Origin: the human T2T-CHM13v2.0 reference genome, Homo sapiens
Assembly (NCBI RefSeq): GCF_009914755.1
Contig: NC_060939.1
Length of the DNA: 64,000 bases
Strand: one strand, 5' to 3'
In this document: positions 51,182 through 64,000 of the stretch, in pieces
Layout: every line of letters starts with the position of its first letter
Position numbering within the stretch: position 1 is the stretch's first letter
Notes under the pieces: model-generated
The model's database searches: none
What the model was told of the DNA's origin: nothing
Seen by the model: only the letters and a program-made list of their open reading frames with translations
Translations under genes and position numbers: made by a program

Positions 51182-52870
51182 CCCCCAGGGACGGAACCAT
51201 GGAGGCTGGGAGTTGAGTAAGCAAAAATGGTAGTATCAGTTTCCCTCCCAAGAAGAAACAATTTTTAAATATTCATTTGGGAACGTTGGACTCCTGACCA
51301 CCCTCAGAGAGGTGACCTGGTCTTTATATCAGTTACAACAGAAAGAACATGAGCTCTGGACCAGACATTTATAGATATGAATAAATCTCTTCAGTAGCTG
51401 TGTGACCTTGAGCACGTTACATAACCTCTCTGAGCCCCAGAGTCCTCATGTATAAAACAAGAAGATGGATTACTGTTGGAAGAACACCTAACACAGAGCT
51501 TAACACAATAAATATTTCGTCTCTTTTTCTCTTCACTTTGTTTCCTGCTTGCTTGTATGTGCACACATGTACATTCCATGAATTTTCTCCCCTCTTCCTA
51601 TATAATACTGCAAAAATTCCTCCAAGGACAAACTTAAGACCCATGTCCTTCCTGAATCCTGTGGCCAGCATTTCCAAAGCACCTGTTACCTGCATTGAAC
51701 AAGGCCCTTTATGGTATTATCCATATAATCACCTAATAGAGATTTTGAACCTAACCATCTTTCAGTGTTTCCAAACTACTTTCAAGTTAGTTTCTGGCAA
51801 AGACCCAACTACCATCATATCACATATCATATCACAAGTAAAGCCAGTGCTGCTGTGCATTTTCCATGTCACAGGAAAGGAAACTAAAAGAGACAGTAAG
51901 GTGGTGACTGACTGATTCACACTAAGTCTTGAAGCAGCATCACGACTCTGAGGTCCAGAAACCAGATGAGTCTCCTCCCAGGTGTTGGCAGCAGCATAGG
52001 AAACAGCCCAGTATAGCAAAAAAAGAGCTAGAACTTGAAAAAGTCTGAGACCTGGGTCCCGGCTCCTACTCTACTACTTCTAGCTGTGTGGTCTTGGACA
52101 ATGCATTCTCTCAGATTCCTCACTAGTAAAACAGGGATGATGGTAATTGCTAGCTACTTCATCTTATTATAGCATATTAAATAAGATGGTATTTTGAGAT
52201 GTGGTATGTAAAGCACTATAGCCACAATGGTTAAGATAGCATATTGCTCAGAGAACTGGTCATTAGTCGTGAGGGGAGGCATGTCAGTGGACCCTCAGAA
52301 CAACACATCACATGGTATTACTGACCACCCCGACTCCATGTCCTCCTGCCAGGCCCCAAGCAGATGCATCCATTTCACTTCACAGACGCTTTGGGAGACC
52401 TAATACGTACCTGCAGGCTCTGGGCACATCAATAAATGTTTGAGTCCAGAAAAATGAAAGTAAGAAACTCCATAAAATTCTGATATGAGGTATGATCTAG
52501 AGCTATAGTAACTGAAAGGCCTAATATTTGTAAGAAACTTGCTGTGTGCCAAAACTTCAAATGCATTATGTCATCCAAGTCTTAAAACAAGCTTATGAGG
52601 GAGATGATTTTCTTACCAGAGGGAAGAGTCAGCTCAAAAAGATTAGATGACTTGACCAAGATCTCGCAGCTGGTCAGCAAACAAGGTAGGAACAGAGCCC
52701 AGTTCTGACTGATACAAAACTTGTGTCTTCAATCATAATATTATGCAACTTCTCATGGATTAACCAAAATAAGGGAGGTGGGGGCAGGACAAGAATATTC
52801 TAGCACAACCCCATGACTGTGAAATCACTTAATAAATGCCACTAGTGATATGTGAAAAGTCCAACAGGGA

Positions 52871-52916
52871 CTAGTCACTGCTAAGGGGTCTTCCTAGTCA
52901 CTGCTAGGGGGTCTTC
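52871..52916. repeat. 23-bp tandem duplication
   Basis: CTAGTCACTGCTA(A/G)GGGGTCTTC twice. Confidence 0.95.
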
Positions 52917-55900
52917 CAGAGATTTCTGAGGGCCAAGCAGAGGTCTGCACCAATGAGGGAGCCGGGGGAGAAGAAGAGTGGAGATGGGTGGGAAGGGAAG
53001 GGAGGAGTACAAAGAAAGAAAGCTGCTGGGGATCAGGGCTGGGAAAGGCAATTATTAATATTCTAAGTGGAGTTTGACTGCTTAAGCTTTATTTAAGGCC
53101 ATGTCTGACTGTATAATTACAAGAGCTTAATTTGTTTTCTTTTCCACACAATAAATAAGGAGCACACGGTTGCTCTTTGCAAACACCACCCTTGCTGGCA
53201 TCAGCGAAGGTTTCTGAGCTGCAAATGGACAGCTGGCACAGGGAGGGGAGCCCCACTGCCTCCTGCAGGGAGTGAGCTGCCCACCTCAGGGACACAGCTG
53301 GACTTGCCAGATGTAGTAAGGACAAAAGAACCAAGGTGCCCTTTTACTCCTGGGGGAGACTTGGGGGTCATCTCCCTTAATTCCTCTATGAAGCAGGTAC
53401 CTGCTCCTGAGAGGCACCAGCACAGTATGGACTCAGTTTCGACAAGCATCAGGAGAGGCTGTTGTCACTCAAAGGCAGCAGCCTACTTTCTATTGTCATG
53501 TAGTTCAGGCCAACTCACTGGATGTCTTTGGCCTATGGATCTGTGCACATGACACTTGTGCTGAAACCTGAAAGAGGAATAGACATTAACTAAAGCGAGT
53601 CAGAGGCTGCATGAAAATATTCCAAGTCGAGGGAACGGCACAGGCAAAGGCCATGAGCTAGAGGTGGCATGGCACATGGGGGTATCGAGGGAAGCGCAAT
53701 GTGGCTTGAGCGGAGAGCCCTGGAGGACATGCAGGGAGATGCTGGAACTGGTCTTGAGGCTGGTCCCACACCATACCACGCTGCCTCACCTAGGTTTCTG
53801 CATGGGCCTCACACTCACCCAGCAGACTAAGGCAGGGAGTTTGGTTCATATCCTAAGAACATCAGAGGCACATTTAAGAGGATGAGATTTCAATGTTTAA
53901 TCAGCCTCCTTGCAGAGTGCATGGAACACATGTAGAATGGTTCAGAGTATGGCAGGTAGTTCAAGGGAGACCTCTTAGGATTCTGTGATCCTTAGGACAC
54001 TTGTATGTAACAGAGGTTAGGGCCCTTGTGGAGGAAGCACCAAGATGCCCCTCTGGAAGGAGCCACAGAGGCATCAGATACCTGTAGTTGGCAGCAAATG
54101 AGGCACACAGGGAGGGGATCTTGTCTTTCTGCAGCCCTGATCCCCTCTTCTGCTCTAATATGAATCACTCTGCTGCCTCAGTGAGAGAGATCTCAGGTCA
54201 CAGGGCCATACTGGGAGACAGGGTACCTGGAATCAAAGATTCCAACCCTTTAGTACACTGACTTTGGGGCCACAGGGAAGCATGGTGGGGAGTCACCTTG
54301 TCAGTCTGGTTCCAGGTCTAGTGGGTCCCACAGGCCTAGGCCCTGCAAATATACCAGGCTTTCTCTCTCACTGCCAGGCATCTGGACATGCAGCACATGG
54401 TTCCCTTTACCTGGCACAATCATCACCCATGTCCCCAGAAAGCCTCTTTCAGCTGCTGACTTGCACCCATCCTTAGGTTTCAGGTGGCCTGGAAGCCTTC
54501 CTTGCTAGAATCCTCCCTATCCCCAAAGATGCATCCCCCACCTGTGCTAAATGCTCCCAGGGAGCCCCAAGTCCTCATCACACTGTATAGTAAGCATCTC
54601 TACACGCTGTCTCCCTCTTCCACCCCTAGACTATCCCACTGAAGCCAAAGACCTAAACTTAATTCACCTTTGCACGAATTAAGAGAATTTGCATGAATTC
54701 TCCTGAGGCAGAGAAGGCCCTCAACAGATGTTCCTGGAGGGTATTAATGTATTAATGTCTCAGAAAAGCCCCACAGGACCCCAAGGGCCATTGTGAGTGG
54801 ACTTTGTAGGACTCTAAAGCACAAAAAATCAATGATTACATGCCAGCTTCAAGGGCAGGGGGAATGCTTGTTTCAGGCAATGAGGTTGACATAATTTGCA
54901 TCAGCAACATTTTTCACAAGATCTTCATAACTTGATCTTCAAACTGAGACCAGGTTGCATTTTTTTCCTGGTCTCTATTTTTAGTAAAACCCAAGAGGAT
55001 AAAGTCCTTTCATCAAGTTTTCCTGCAGTCCAGTGCTTTGGTGAGGTTCCCTCACTACATCCCACAGCACCCTGTTGGGTACTCAGGTTCTATGTTTGTC
55101 AAAGTCCTTTCTCAACATTGTTCACTCTGTCCTCACAATAACCCTGTAGGGGGATGTACAGGCAACAGTTTTGTACCCATTTTATAGATGAGGAACAGAG
55201 AAAGAAGGAAGTCACCTGTGCACCATCTAAAGAGAACAGGTCTGCACTCTTTCTATGTTCCATAACAACATGTTGACCACGACCAGGGCAGCAGAAGAAC
55301 CAGACCGCCACACCCTCAGGACGTAGGCTATGGATCAGGGTCCCAACAGGCCCACTGTAGGGTCCCTGAGGATTCCCTGGCCCTCATCACTCTGGAAAGT
55401 CAGTTCTAAAATGAACTGAACGACTCCCCTAAGCCCAACCCCAGGCAACTCTGATGATCAGCAAAGCCTCAGCTCTAGCAAGACAGATGCAGTCCCATCT
55501 AGCCAGGTCACCCTATCACAGAGACAGACAGGTAGCCCTCAGTGGTGCCTTCCACCCCAGGCCCTCTAGAGAATTCAACCCCTCTGTGTGTATAAACCAG
55601 CCCTCCAGATGCAAATGGGATGGGAGTTATCCTGGGTGGAGACTTCACAATCACGGAAAAAGCCAAAGGCAACCACATTAAAGAAATGCAGTTGTAAAAC
55701 CTGAGGTGGACAGTTGACCAGATCCAAAGAGAAACAGCTGTCGGAGGAAGGGAGAGGGACTCAGGGCTGAAGTGGGCTGCAATGGAGGCTTAAGAACCAG
55801 CAAGCCATGCTCTAAATCCAGCTCTTAAATCTCCCCACAGGACTGGCTCCAGGTCACCACACCCCTTTTTTCTATCTCAATTTCCTCGTTGAGAATAACA

Positions 55901-58900
55901 GTAATACACTGACAAAGCTCCCTCTTGGTAATGGCAATACACTGATGAGCTGGCAAGGGTGCATGTGTGTTGAGGCTGCCATAGAAGACATGGAGGGTCT
56001 CTGCTGGGGGGCTCCAGCCAGATCCCCACCCCGGCTCTGTAACTCCCTTTCCCCTTTAGCTTCTGCTCTCCCCACATACAGGGGGCAGAATCCCAAAGAC
56101 GCCTCAAACCCAGGGGCTTCGAGCTTGGGCTTCTGAGCACCCTTAATAAGGATCAAGGTTCTAAAATAGCTTCCAAGGTGTGGGACATGCCATTTACTGA
56201 GTACCTACCATGTGCAGCCACTGAGAAAGGTGCTTTATGTTCACTCCTTTAATCCTCACCCAAAGCCCTGCAGGGTAGGAATTATTTCCTTGTGTCCTAG
56301 GAAGGACACAGAAGCTCAGCTCCTTGGCCAAGAATGCAAAGTGAAAGAGTTGGCAAAGTCAAACTTGGGTTCACAGCCTAGTCTGCCCACCTTCAAAGTG
56401 TGTGGTGTTTTCCCTTCTTCTTTCTCCCCCTCCCTCAGTCATTCGTTCAGTCGGCCATTTGTTCTCCAAATACAAATTTTACATTGAGAAAACAGGATTT
56501 AGGGAGACTAGTCTTTGCCCCCATGGGGCGTACACATCATTGAGAGGGTCATACCTTTCCACAGGCATATTTCAGGCCTCGCCTGGACCCCTCAGATGGG
56601 TTTCAAGGTGCATCTTGGGAGACCCTGTCTGCAGTTTGCATGAAGTCGGCCAGAGGCAGTGCATGACTTACTCCATCTGGGAGACCCAGTACCCTTTAAA
56701 CCCAGAACAATCGCAGTGGCTGCATCACCTAGAATACCACCCAGAAAGGGCAGAGGCCTCTTGGACCCAAGGCAAGCCCCAACAGGCAAAGGGGTTAACC
56801 CAGCAAGAAAAGAGACTTTCAAAGACCCATTAAGAGGAAACAAGGGAGAAAGAGACACAAACCTGTTAGCCTGCTAAGGAATGAAGAGGAACAGAAATTA
56901 ATGATGACTCCAAAATAGCCAAGAGACTAAACTCATTTTCTAAATCTGTCTTTAACAAGAAAAATGGAGAAAAGAGATGTGAACAAATGGGAGGTAATGA
57001 AGCCTTAGGGAAGAGGGGGAAAAAAGAGAAGAAAATCTACTGAGAATAATCAAGGATGGAAAACATGAGCACAGTGTCTAATCCCCAAGACTAGGAGATG
57101 CACAGCCCAGAGGCCAGAATGTTTACTCAGCATTACACTGAGTTTTTGAAAGGCAACAGCTGACAGGGTTATAAGAAAATTCTTAAGGTTCAGTCCAGGG
57201 GATTCTAGAGAACTGAGATACCTGAAATCAGAAAGAACAGTCTCCAAGAAGAGGTTAGGGTTTTCGACTAAGAATTTCAAAGTACATATCACAAACATGC
57301 AGTGGGCCAGCAGGTGAGGCACGTGGCCATGTTATCTGGCCCTGGGTGAATCAGAATGTGGTCCACAAACAAAGTGAACAGAAAGAAATGATCGGGGGTT
57401 GGGGGGCATGAGTAATCTCAGGACCACAGGGCGTCTGGAGGACAGACACAAGCAGACAAGAAAAAGGAAATTCAATTTGGGAAGTTTGCCACCTGCCTCA
57501 CAAGGGTACCAGGAGCAGTACCTTTACAGGGCCTCAGAAGAGGCAGGCACCCAGGAGACTAATGGTATGAGGGGACTGGGAATTTACTTTCTTTGGAGGC
57601 AGCAGATATGAGAGTAGAAACTAAGAAATATCCATTGAAAATCTGAAGCTTGGTGAATTCTGCGGTGCAAAACACATTTGGGGTTCAATAACACATTTGG
57701 AGTTCAATAAAAGCAGGAAGGATCCATTTAAAAGAGGACAATAAAGGCGCCACTCAGTGTTATCATGTGCCATAGGGGCTGGGATATGGAAAGAATGCGG
57801 GGACCCAGGCACACCTACAGAAATAGCATGGCTGGATTGTACTAGGAGGTGTCAGATGTTGAAGTTGCGCACATAGGCACAAAATTTTGGGATGTTAGAG
57901 CAGACAGAGCCTTGGAGCTTATCTACTCTGGCCCATATCCCCTTCTTTCCCATTCTATAACAGGGTGTGCCACCTACAGTCATAATCCTGCCCGAAATGG
58001 GCCAAAGACATCCAGGGCTGGTGTAGCCCCATGCTCCCTGGAAATGGGGAAAATAGAAATCTGCCACTCCTGCATCGACATATCACAGCATGATTCATCT
58101 CCACCTGCTCGATCATCAGGCTCCATTCTCTATGCTAAATACCCACTCTGTGTAATCATCTGTTAATGGCCCTCCCCAGTGCCAGCCAGTAGGCTAAGGG
58201 GCATTGCCCATTCACCCAGACCCTGCTAGCAACCAGGTGCAAAGCAGGACATGGTTTCAGGCACTCCCTTCGTGGTCTCCCATGGGCCTTCCCCTCCATC
58301 TGCCCTTCATTTTGAGGAGTGCTGCTCTGAAGCCTACTGCCTCCCTCTCTTCTCCAGCTGGGTTCCTGAATTGAAAACAGCCAAGGCTGACCAGAGTTGG
58401 CCTTGGCCAAGAGATGGTAGAGTGGAGGCTCTGGAGCTCTAGAGGCAAGCAACCTGGAGTTGGTTTCTGGCTCTGCCACTTAGCAGTTATGAAACCTTAG
58501 GCAAGTCACTCAACCTCTCTGTGCCTCAAATTCCCCATCTGTAAAATGGGGACAACAATGATGTCCACTTGCTATTATGAGCATGAAATGACATATAAAG
58601 TGCATAGAGGAATGCTTGGTCTATAGTCAGTGCTTCACTGATATTATGTCCCTGGAACTCACTGCACTGGAATGCCTGCCCCTCCAGGGAGGTGAGATGG
58701 GGGAGTAGAATAAAGTGGGTAAAACTAAAACAAATAGACAACAGATTTCCTCTGGTCCTGCCCCTCAGTGGCCCCAGCTGTGTCTCAGATGCAACCTTTC
58801 TTCCAGGAAGAATTTCCCAAAATGCTATGAGGTCAGGATTGGGCCACTTATAACACTGTCTCATGTTTGAGATGTGAAAACAGACCAAATGGGTTAAATA

Positions 58901-59769
58901 GCTTATCCAACGTCACAGCATAAGGCCAAGAAAGAGCCAAAGGGATGTGCAAGATGTGGCCACCTATCCCTGCTGCAGCCAAAAAATACCTCTAATGATT
59001 GACAGCCATCCCCACCAGCCCCTCCCATATACTCATATGGACCCAAAGCCCAGCATCTTCCCTCCTGGCCTCCACCCAGACACACCACTGCATACAGTCC
59101 TGACTCAAGCCTCCCACATCATTCACTCTGTGAAAATCCTATTCCGTGGACAAATGGCTCCATTTCCAAATGCTGTTCCCTTGGCAATTTTTTCAGTATA
59201 CCTGATAAACAGGCTCAGTGGCCTGTACCCATCAGCACATGTCCAAACAGCTCTAGCAGAAAGTCCAGGGGGAAACAGCTGTGCACACCCCATGGTAAGC
59301 TGCAGCCCTGTGCCATAAGCAGGCTGTCTGCCAACCCAAGCCCACTCTCCTCCAAAGCCAGGCCAGCTGTCACCTGCTCCATAAGGCTGCCCAGCCATTC
59401 CCGCCCATCTCGGGTCAGCAGCCCTGCTCAGAGCCCTCCAGCGGCACCTCCACTGCCTTGTGCTGGAAGTCCCTGGAGAATGTCAGCCGTTTCTGCAATC
59501 TGTCAAAGGTGTGAGCTGTGTCACCAACAACCCATAGCCACTGATGAAGAACCACCACTCACCATTTACTTCCTTATACTTAAATTAGAGGAGGTTCAAA
59601 ACTTTCCCTGTAATAACATCTCTCTCATTTGTGTTCTGAGACCCTGTCTTGAGTAGGACAGAAAAGAATTGGGTAATAGATTAGACACCAAGTTTCATGC
59701 ACCCCCAGTAGCCTATCTACTGCATACACTGATTACAGCCTCTGTCATTCCTGGTTTATCTTTTCTTTC

Positions 59770-60100
59770 TTTTTCTTAGCCACAGTAAAAGTGTATTTCT
59801 CTCTCCCACTACATGTCAACAGAGGTCAGCTGTGGCTTTGCTCCCATCATCTTCCCAACAAGACGCCAGCTAATGGAGCAGCCTCCATCTGGAACAGTAA
59901 CATCCTTTGCCCCACGGCAGAGGAAAAGAGACATAGTAGGCCCCACACAGGCTCTGAAAGCATCTTCTAAGAAGGAACACAGGATAGACACAGAGAGATA
60001 GAGAGAGAGAGAGAGAGACATAAAGAGATAGAGCAATAGATATACACAATTCACTTAAAATGTACAATTCAAAAGTTTTTCATATATTCACAGAGTTGTG
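59770..60100 (-). mobile_element. MLT1K/L-like LTR fragment followed by a GA-rich tract and a short L1MA/MB 3'-end fragment
   Basis: CTACATGTCAACAGAGGTCAGCTG...GGAGCAGCCTCCATCTGGAACA; then TGTACAATTCAAAAG...TATTCACAGAGTTGTG. Confidence 0.55.
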
Positions 60101-60534
60101 AATCAATTTTAGAATACTGACGATCAATTTTAGAATATTTTCATCATGATAATGATCAATTTTAGAATCAAATTGATCCATTTTAGAATATCAATTTTAG
60201 ATGATATTGATATTGATCATCTGCTATATGTACTATTTATATTTGTACGTTCCAATTTTCTAAAGAATAATAACAGCAATCTCCACTAACATATATTGGG
60301 TCATTGTTATGGGCCAGACATTCTCCTCAATTCTTCATATACATTAATTCATTTAATCTTGCTAACAACCATATTATTCCCATTTTCCAAATGAGGAGAT
60401 TAAGGCATAGATATGTTAAGTAACTTGCCCAAGATATACAGATATATGTGATAAAGCCAGAATCGAATGTCAGGCCATGTGGTTCAAGAGCACATATTCT
60501 CAACTACTTATCGAAATAACCAAATTAGTGATGA

Positions 60535-61053
<519 letters not shown>

Positions 61054-61299
61054 CATATGTCCCTTCTTTTAAACAGGGCTGCAATAGTTTCTACCATACA
61101 TAGAAGTGTGAGGATCCCTGGCTAGGTAAGACCCAAAGAAAGTAGACAGGATAAATATGATGGGAGGAATGTCACACAGAGCGTACCAAGGCCCACATTC
61201 TAGTCCTGGCTCAGCTCTTACCCATGGAGATCTTGGTCAGAATTCTTCCACTCAAGATATCCTTCTTGTCATCCAGAAAATGATCAAGTCAGACTAGAG

Positions 61300-62360
61300 T
61301 CACTTGTACATGCAACAAATCACTACCAATCACTTGGCATATAACAGGCATTGTTCTGAGTGCTGGAGATATAGCAGGGAAAATTTCTGCTCCACGGAAG
61401 TTTACATTCCAGTGCGGGAGATAGAGTATCAACTCTTAAATAGCTGAATGAGATACTTGCAGATGATCAATAGTAATAAAGGCGAAGGAAATTATTCAGC
61501 CACATGACGGAATAAAATGTGATCTATTTGTAAGGAGAAGGAAGGCCACAAAGTTTGAGTAGTCAAGGGAGGCCTTGCTAAGAAAGTAGCATTTGGGTGA
61601 ATGATGAGAAGGGGCCAGCCATGCCAAGATCCAGGGCAGGGTATCTGTTTGGGTCAGATGGGCCAACAGGGACAAAAACTCCAATGTGGGAATGAGCTTG
61701 GCACATTTAAGGGACTGAAAAGGCTTGTAAGGCTGCGGCAGAGAGAACAAGGGGAAAAGTACAAGACAATTAGAGAGGGAGACAGAAACTATATCCATGT
61801 GAGTCCTGTGGCCATGGAAAGGGGCTTAGCTTTTATTGTAAGTAACGCAAGAAGTAATTGGAGGGCTTTAAGCAGCTAAGTGGCATGATCGGATTTATAT
61901 GTTTAAAATATCACTCTGGCAGCTGTGTGGACAATGAAATGTAGCAGACAAAAGTGAAGGTGTGGAAAACCTAAGTTAGAAGGCTACTGTCACAGTGTCA
62001 GAGGAGGGGATGATGACTTGGACCAAGACAATAGATATGAGGATGGAAAGGGTAAACAAGCAGATGGATACAAAATATTTTATGAATTTATTAAACTGAA
62101 TGTCAGAAGAAGGGAGTAGGCAGGTAAAGGAAAGAGAGGCATCAAGAATGTCTCCCAAGGTTTTGGCCTGAGCAATTTGATGGATGGTACCACTTACAAG
62201 AACAAGAAGCATTGAGGAAGAAGAGGTTAGGAGGAAGGGCTTGGTATGAAATCAAGAATCCTGTCTTGGCCAGCTTAAGGTTGACTCATGACTGGGGCAT
62301 GCAAGTAGGCAGTTTGATATAGGAAACTAAAGGGCACGATAGGAATACAAATTTGGGAGT
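61300..62360 (-). mobile_element. L2 LINE fragment
   Basis: CAGGCATTGTTCTGAGTGCTGGAGATATAGCAG...GAGAGGCATCAAGAATGTCTCCCAAGGTTTTGGCCTGAGCAA. Confidence 0.75.
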
Positions 62361-64000
62361 TGGTTCTAAGGACTCTTCCAGCTTTAACTATCTATGATTC
62401 TAAACAATTGGAGACCAACATGTGTTGGGAGGAAATCTTTAATAGCAAAAATATATATATTGAGTCTTTCATAGTACATTGTCTTAAGCACTTTCCAGAC
62501 GTTGTCTTATTTAAGGCTAAGACCAATCCTATGAAGTAGGAACTCTTATTTTCCTTTCAAAGCTCAGAGAAGTTCAATAATTTGCCTAAGGTCAACAGCA
62601 GGAAGTGAAAGATCTAGGATTTGAACCCTGATCTTTCTATCTTCAAAGCCCATGCTCCTTACTGTCAGCTATCCAGCATTTCATGGCTAAGTCCTCCACA
62701 AAGAACAGAAGAAGGAGGATACTTGTGGAGAAGCAGTGAGGGAGACCAGTGTGCCAGTTGCCAATCCTTTTGGGACTTGGAGAAAAGTCTCAGTGCAGAG
62801 GTAAGGGGGAAGGCAGAAAAGCAAAAATTTACTGAGATACTGTCTACATGTCATCTTGAAACTCAGAATCTGGGGTTATTCCAAGGAGAAAGAACATTGA
62901 GTAATTTATAATACATAATAAATCCATGTCACCATTTTTTCACCTCAATAATCTCAAGAGAAATTTATTACCTATGCAGTCAGTGTCCTGAAAGGGTAGG
63001 GATCCTAGCCACCTCTTCTTTTCCTATCCGCACAGCATCACTGACTTCCTCTCTTTGCAAACATAACACAGTTGATACAATCATGCTCAAATCAGGACAT
63101 TCTCCATCTTTTACCCCACTCTGATGGCTGACTCTCCCAGCTAAAGATTGAGTGCACGTTTGCTTCCAAAAGGAGAAATAACTTAGTCCGGCATCCAGAG
63201 CTTTTTGGAAAAGAGCAAGAAATGGAGCCCAAGAGAGATCCCACCACAATCAACTCTAGGGATTAAATAAATTCTCTTGGCTTGCTGGAATCTTACATTA
63301 AATATTCTTGGAAATAAGTAGGCCATAGGCTAATGCTAAGAAATCTTTCATAATAAAGATATTCAGGTTGTAATGTAACTGTCATTATAGGATTTGACCT
63401 GAATAGAAAGAGGAACTAAACAGAGCTTTCTCAACAGAGCTCTTTGAGGATGGAGCGTGCTGAATCCCCAGGGGGAAAGAGCAGCTCTTTCACGGAACTT
63501 TAAAGATGCCCACCTCTCCTATAAGAAGTTCTTGCTGTGAAAACCAGAGAGAAAAAACGCTCCTGGGACGTAAAAAAGTACACGGACTTCAGATTCAAAG
63601 GATTTAGAGTCCACATCCTGATTCTTCCACTAACTTACTGTATAACCTTAGGAGAACTCAGTTATAACTTCTGAGCTTCAATGTTTGCATCTATGAAATG
63701 GGAAGAGAGGACTCCTAACTTAGAGTTACTGTGGGGAGTAAGTGAGTTCATATTTGCAAATGCACCAGGCACAGTTCTTGGCACACAGGAAGTTCTCAAC
63801 CAGATTAGCCTTTCCCTCTTCTTTTCTGATACCAGCAGTTTTATGTGGTTTTCTAAACATAGTAATGACTAGCAAAACATAGTAACTTTTTAAATTGCTT
63901 CTGTGAAAAAACATTGCCTCTTCTGGCCCATGAGCTATAGTGGAAAGATTCCTGGAAAGAGAATCAGAGGATTTAGGTACAGTTCTACTTCTGCTACTTA

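Noticed and set aside
59431-59447. CTCF-like GCCGCTGGAGGGCTC on the minus strand
   Set aside because: Mismatches at core positions; not supportable without ChIP data.
60100-60201. Repeat-spacer pattern superficially like a CRISPR array or minisatellite
   Set aside because: Eukaryotic intron, 14-bp unit with irregular 0-18-bp spacers and no cas genes; better explained as templated insertions.

Overview
Primate (human-like) genomic DNA lying entirely inside NTRK3 (TrkC, the neurotrophin-3 receptor tyrosine kinase), transcribed on the minus strand. Eight consecutive coding exons were reconstructed with canonical AG/GT boundaries and compatible phases: 69, 158, 143, 142, 297, 24, 65 and 103 nt, from 32035 down to 10907. 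They cover roughly residues 132-466: last LRR, LRR C-cap, Ig1, the NT-3-binding Ig2, a juxtamembrane microexon and the transmembrane helix. Positions 32036-64000 and 1-10906 are parts of two large introns filled with Alu, MIR, L2, L1M, MaLR/ERV1 LTRs and hAT MITEs; repeat subfamily names are from recall of consensus sequences, not a RepeatMasker run. The other ORFs in the track appear spurious. Highlights: a near-canonical RE1/NRSE (REST) silencer at 51161-51181; a pure sense-strand (GAA)15 tract ~100 nt upstream of an exon; a complex templated-insertion repair scar at ~60100-60260; a sense-oriented MER4A-like solo LTR between the TM exon and the kinase exons; the 24-nt microexon; and exon phases permitting TrkAIII-like and soluble-decoy isoforms. 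No evidence was found for a new protein-coding system; any novelty is regulatory, splicing-related or mutational.
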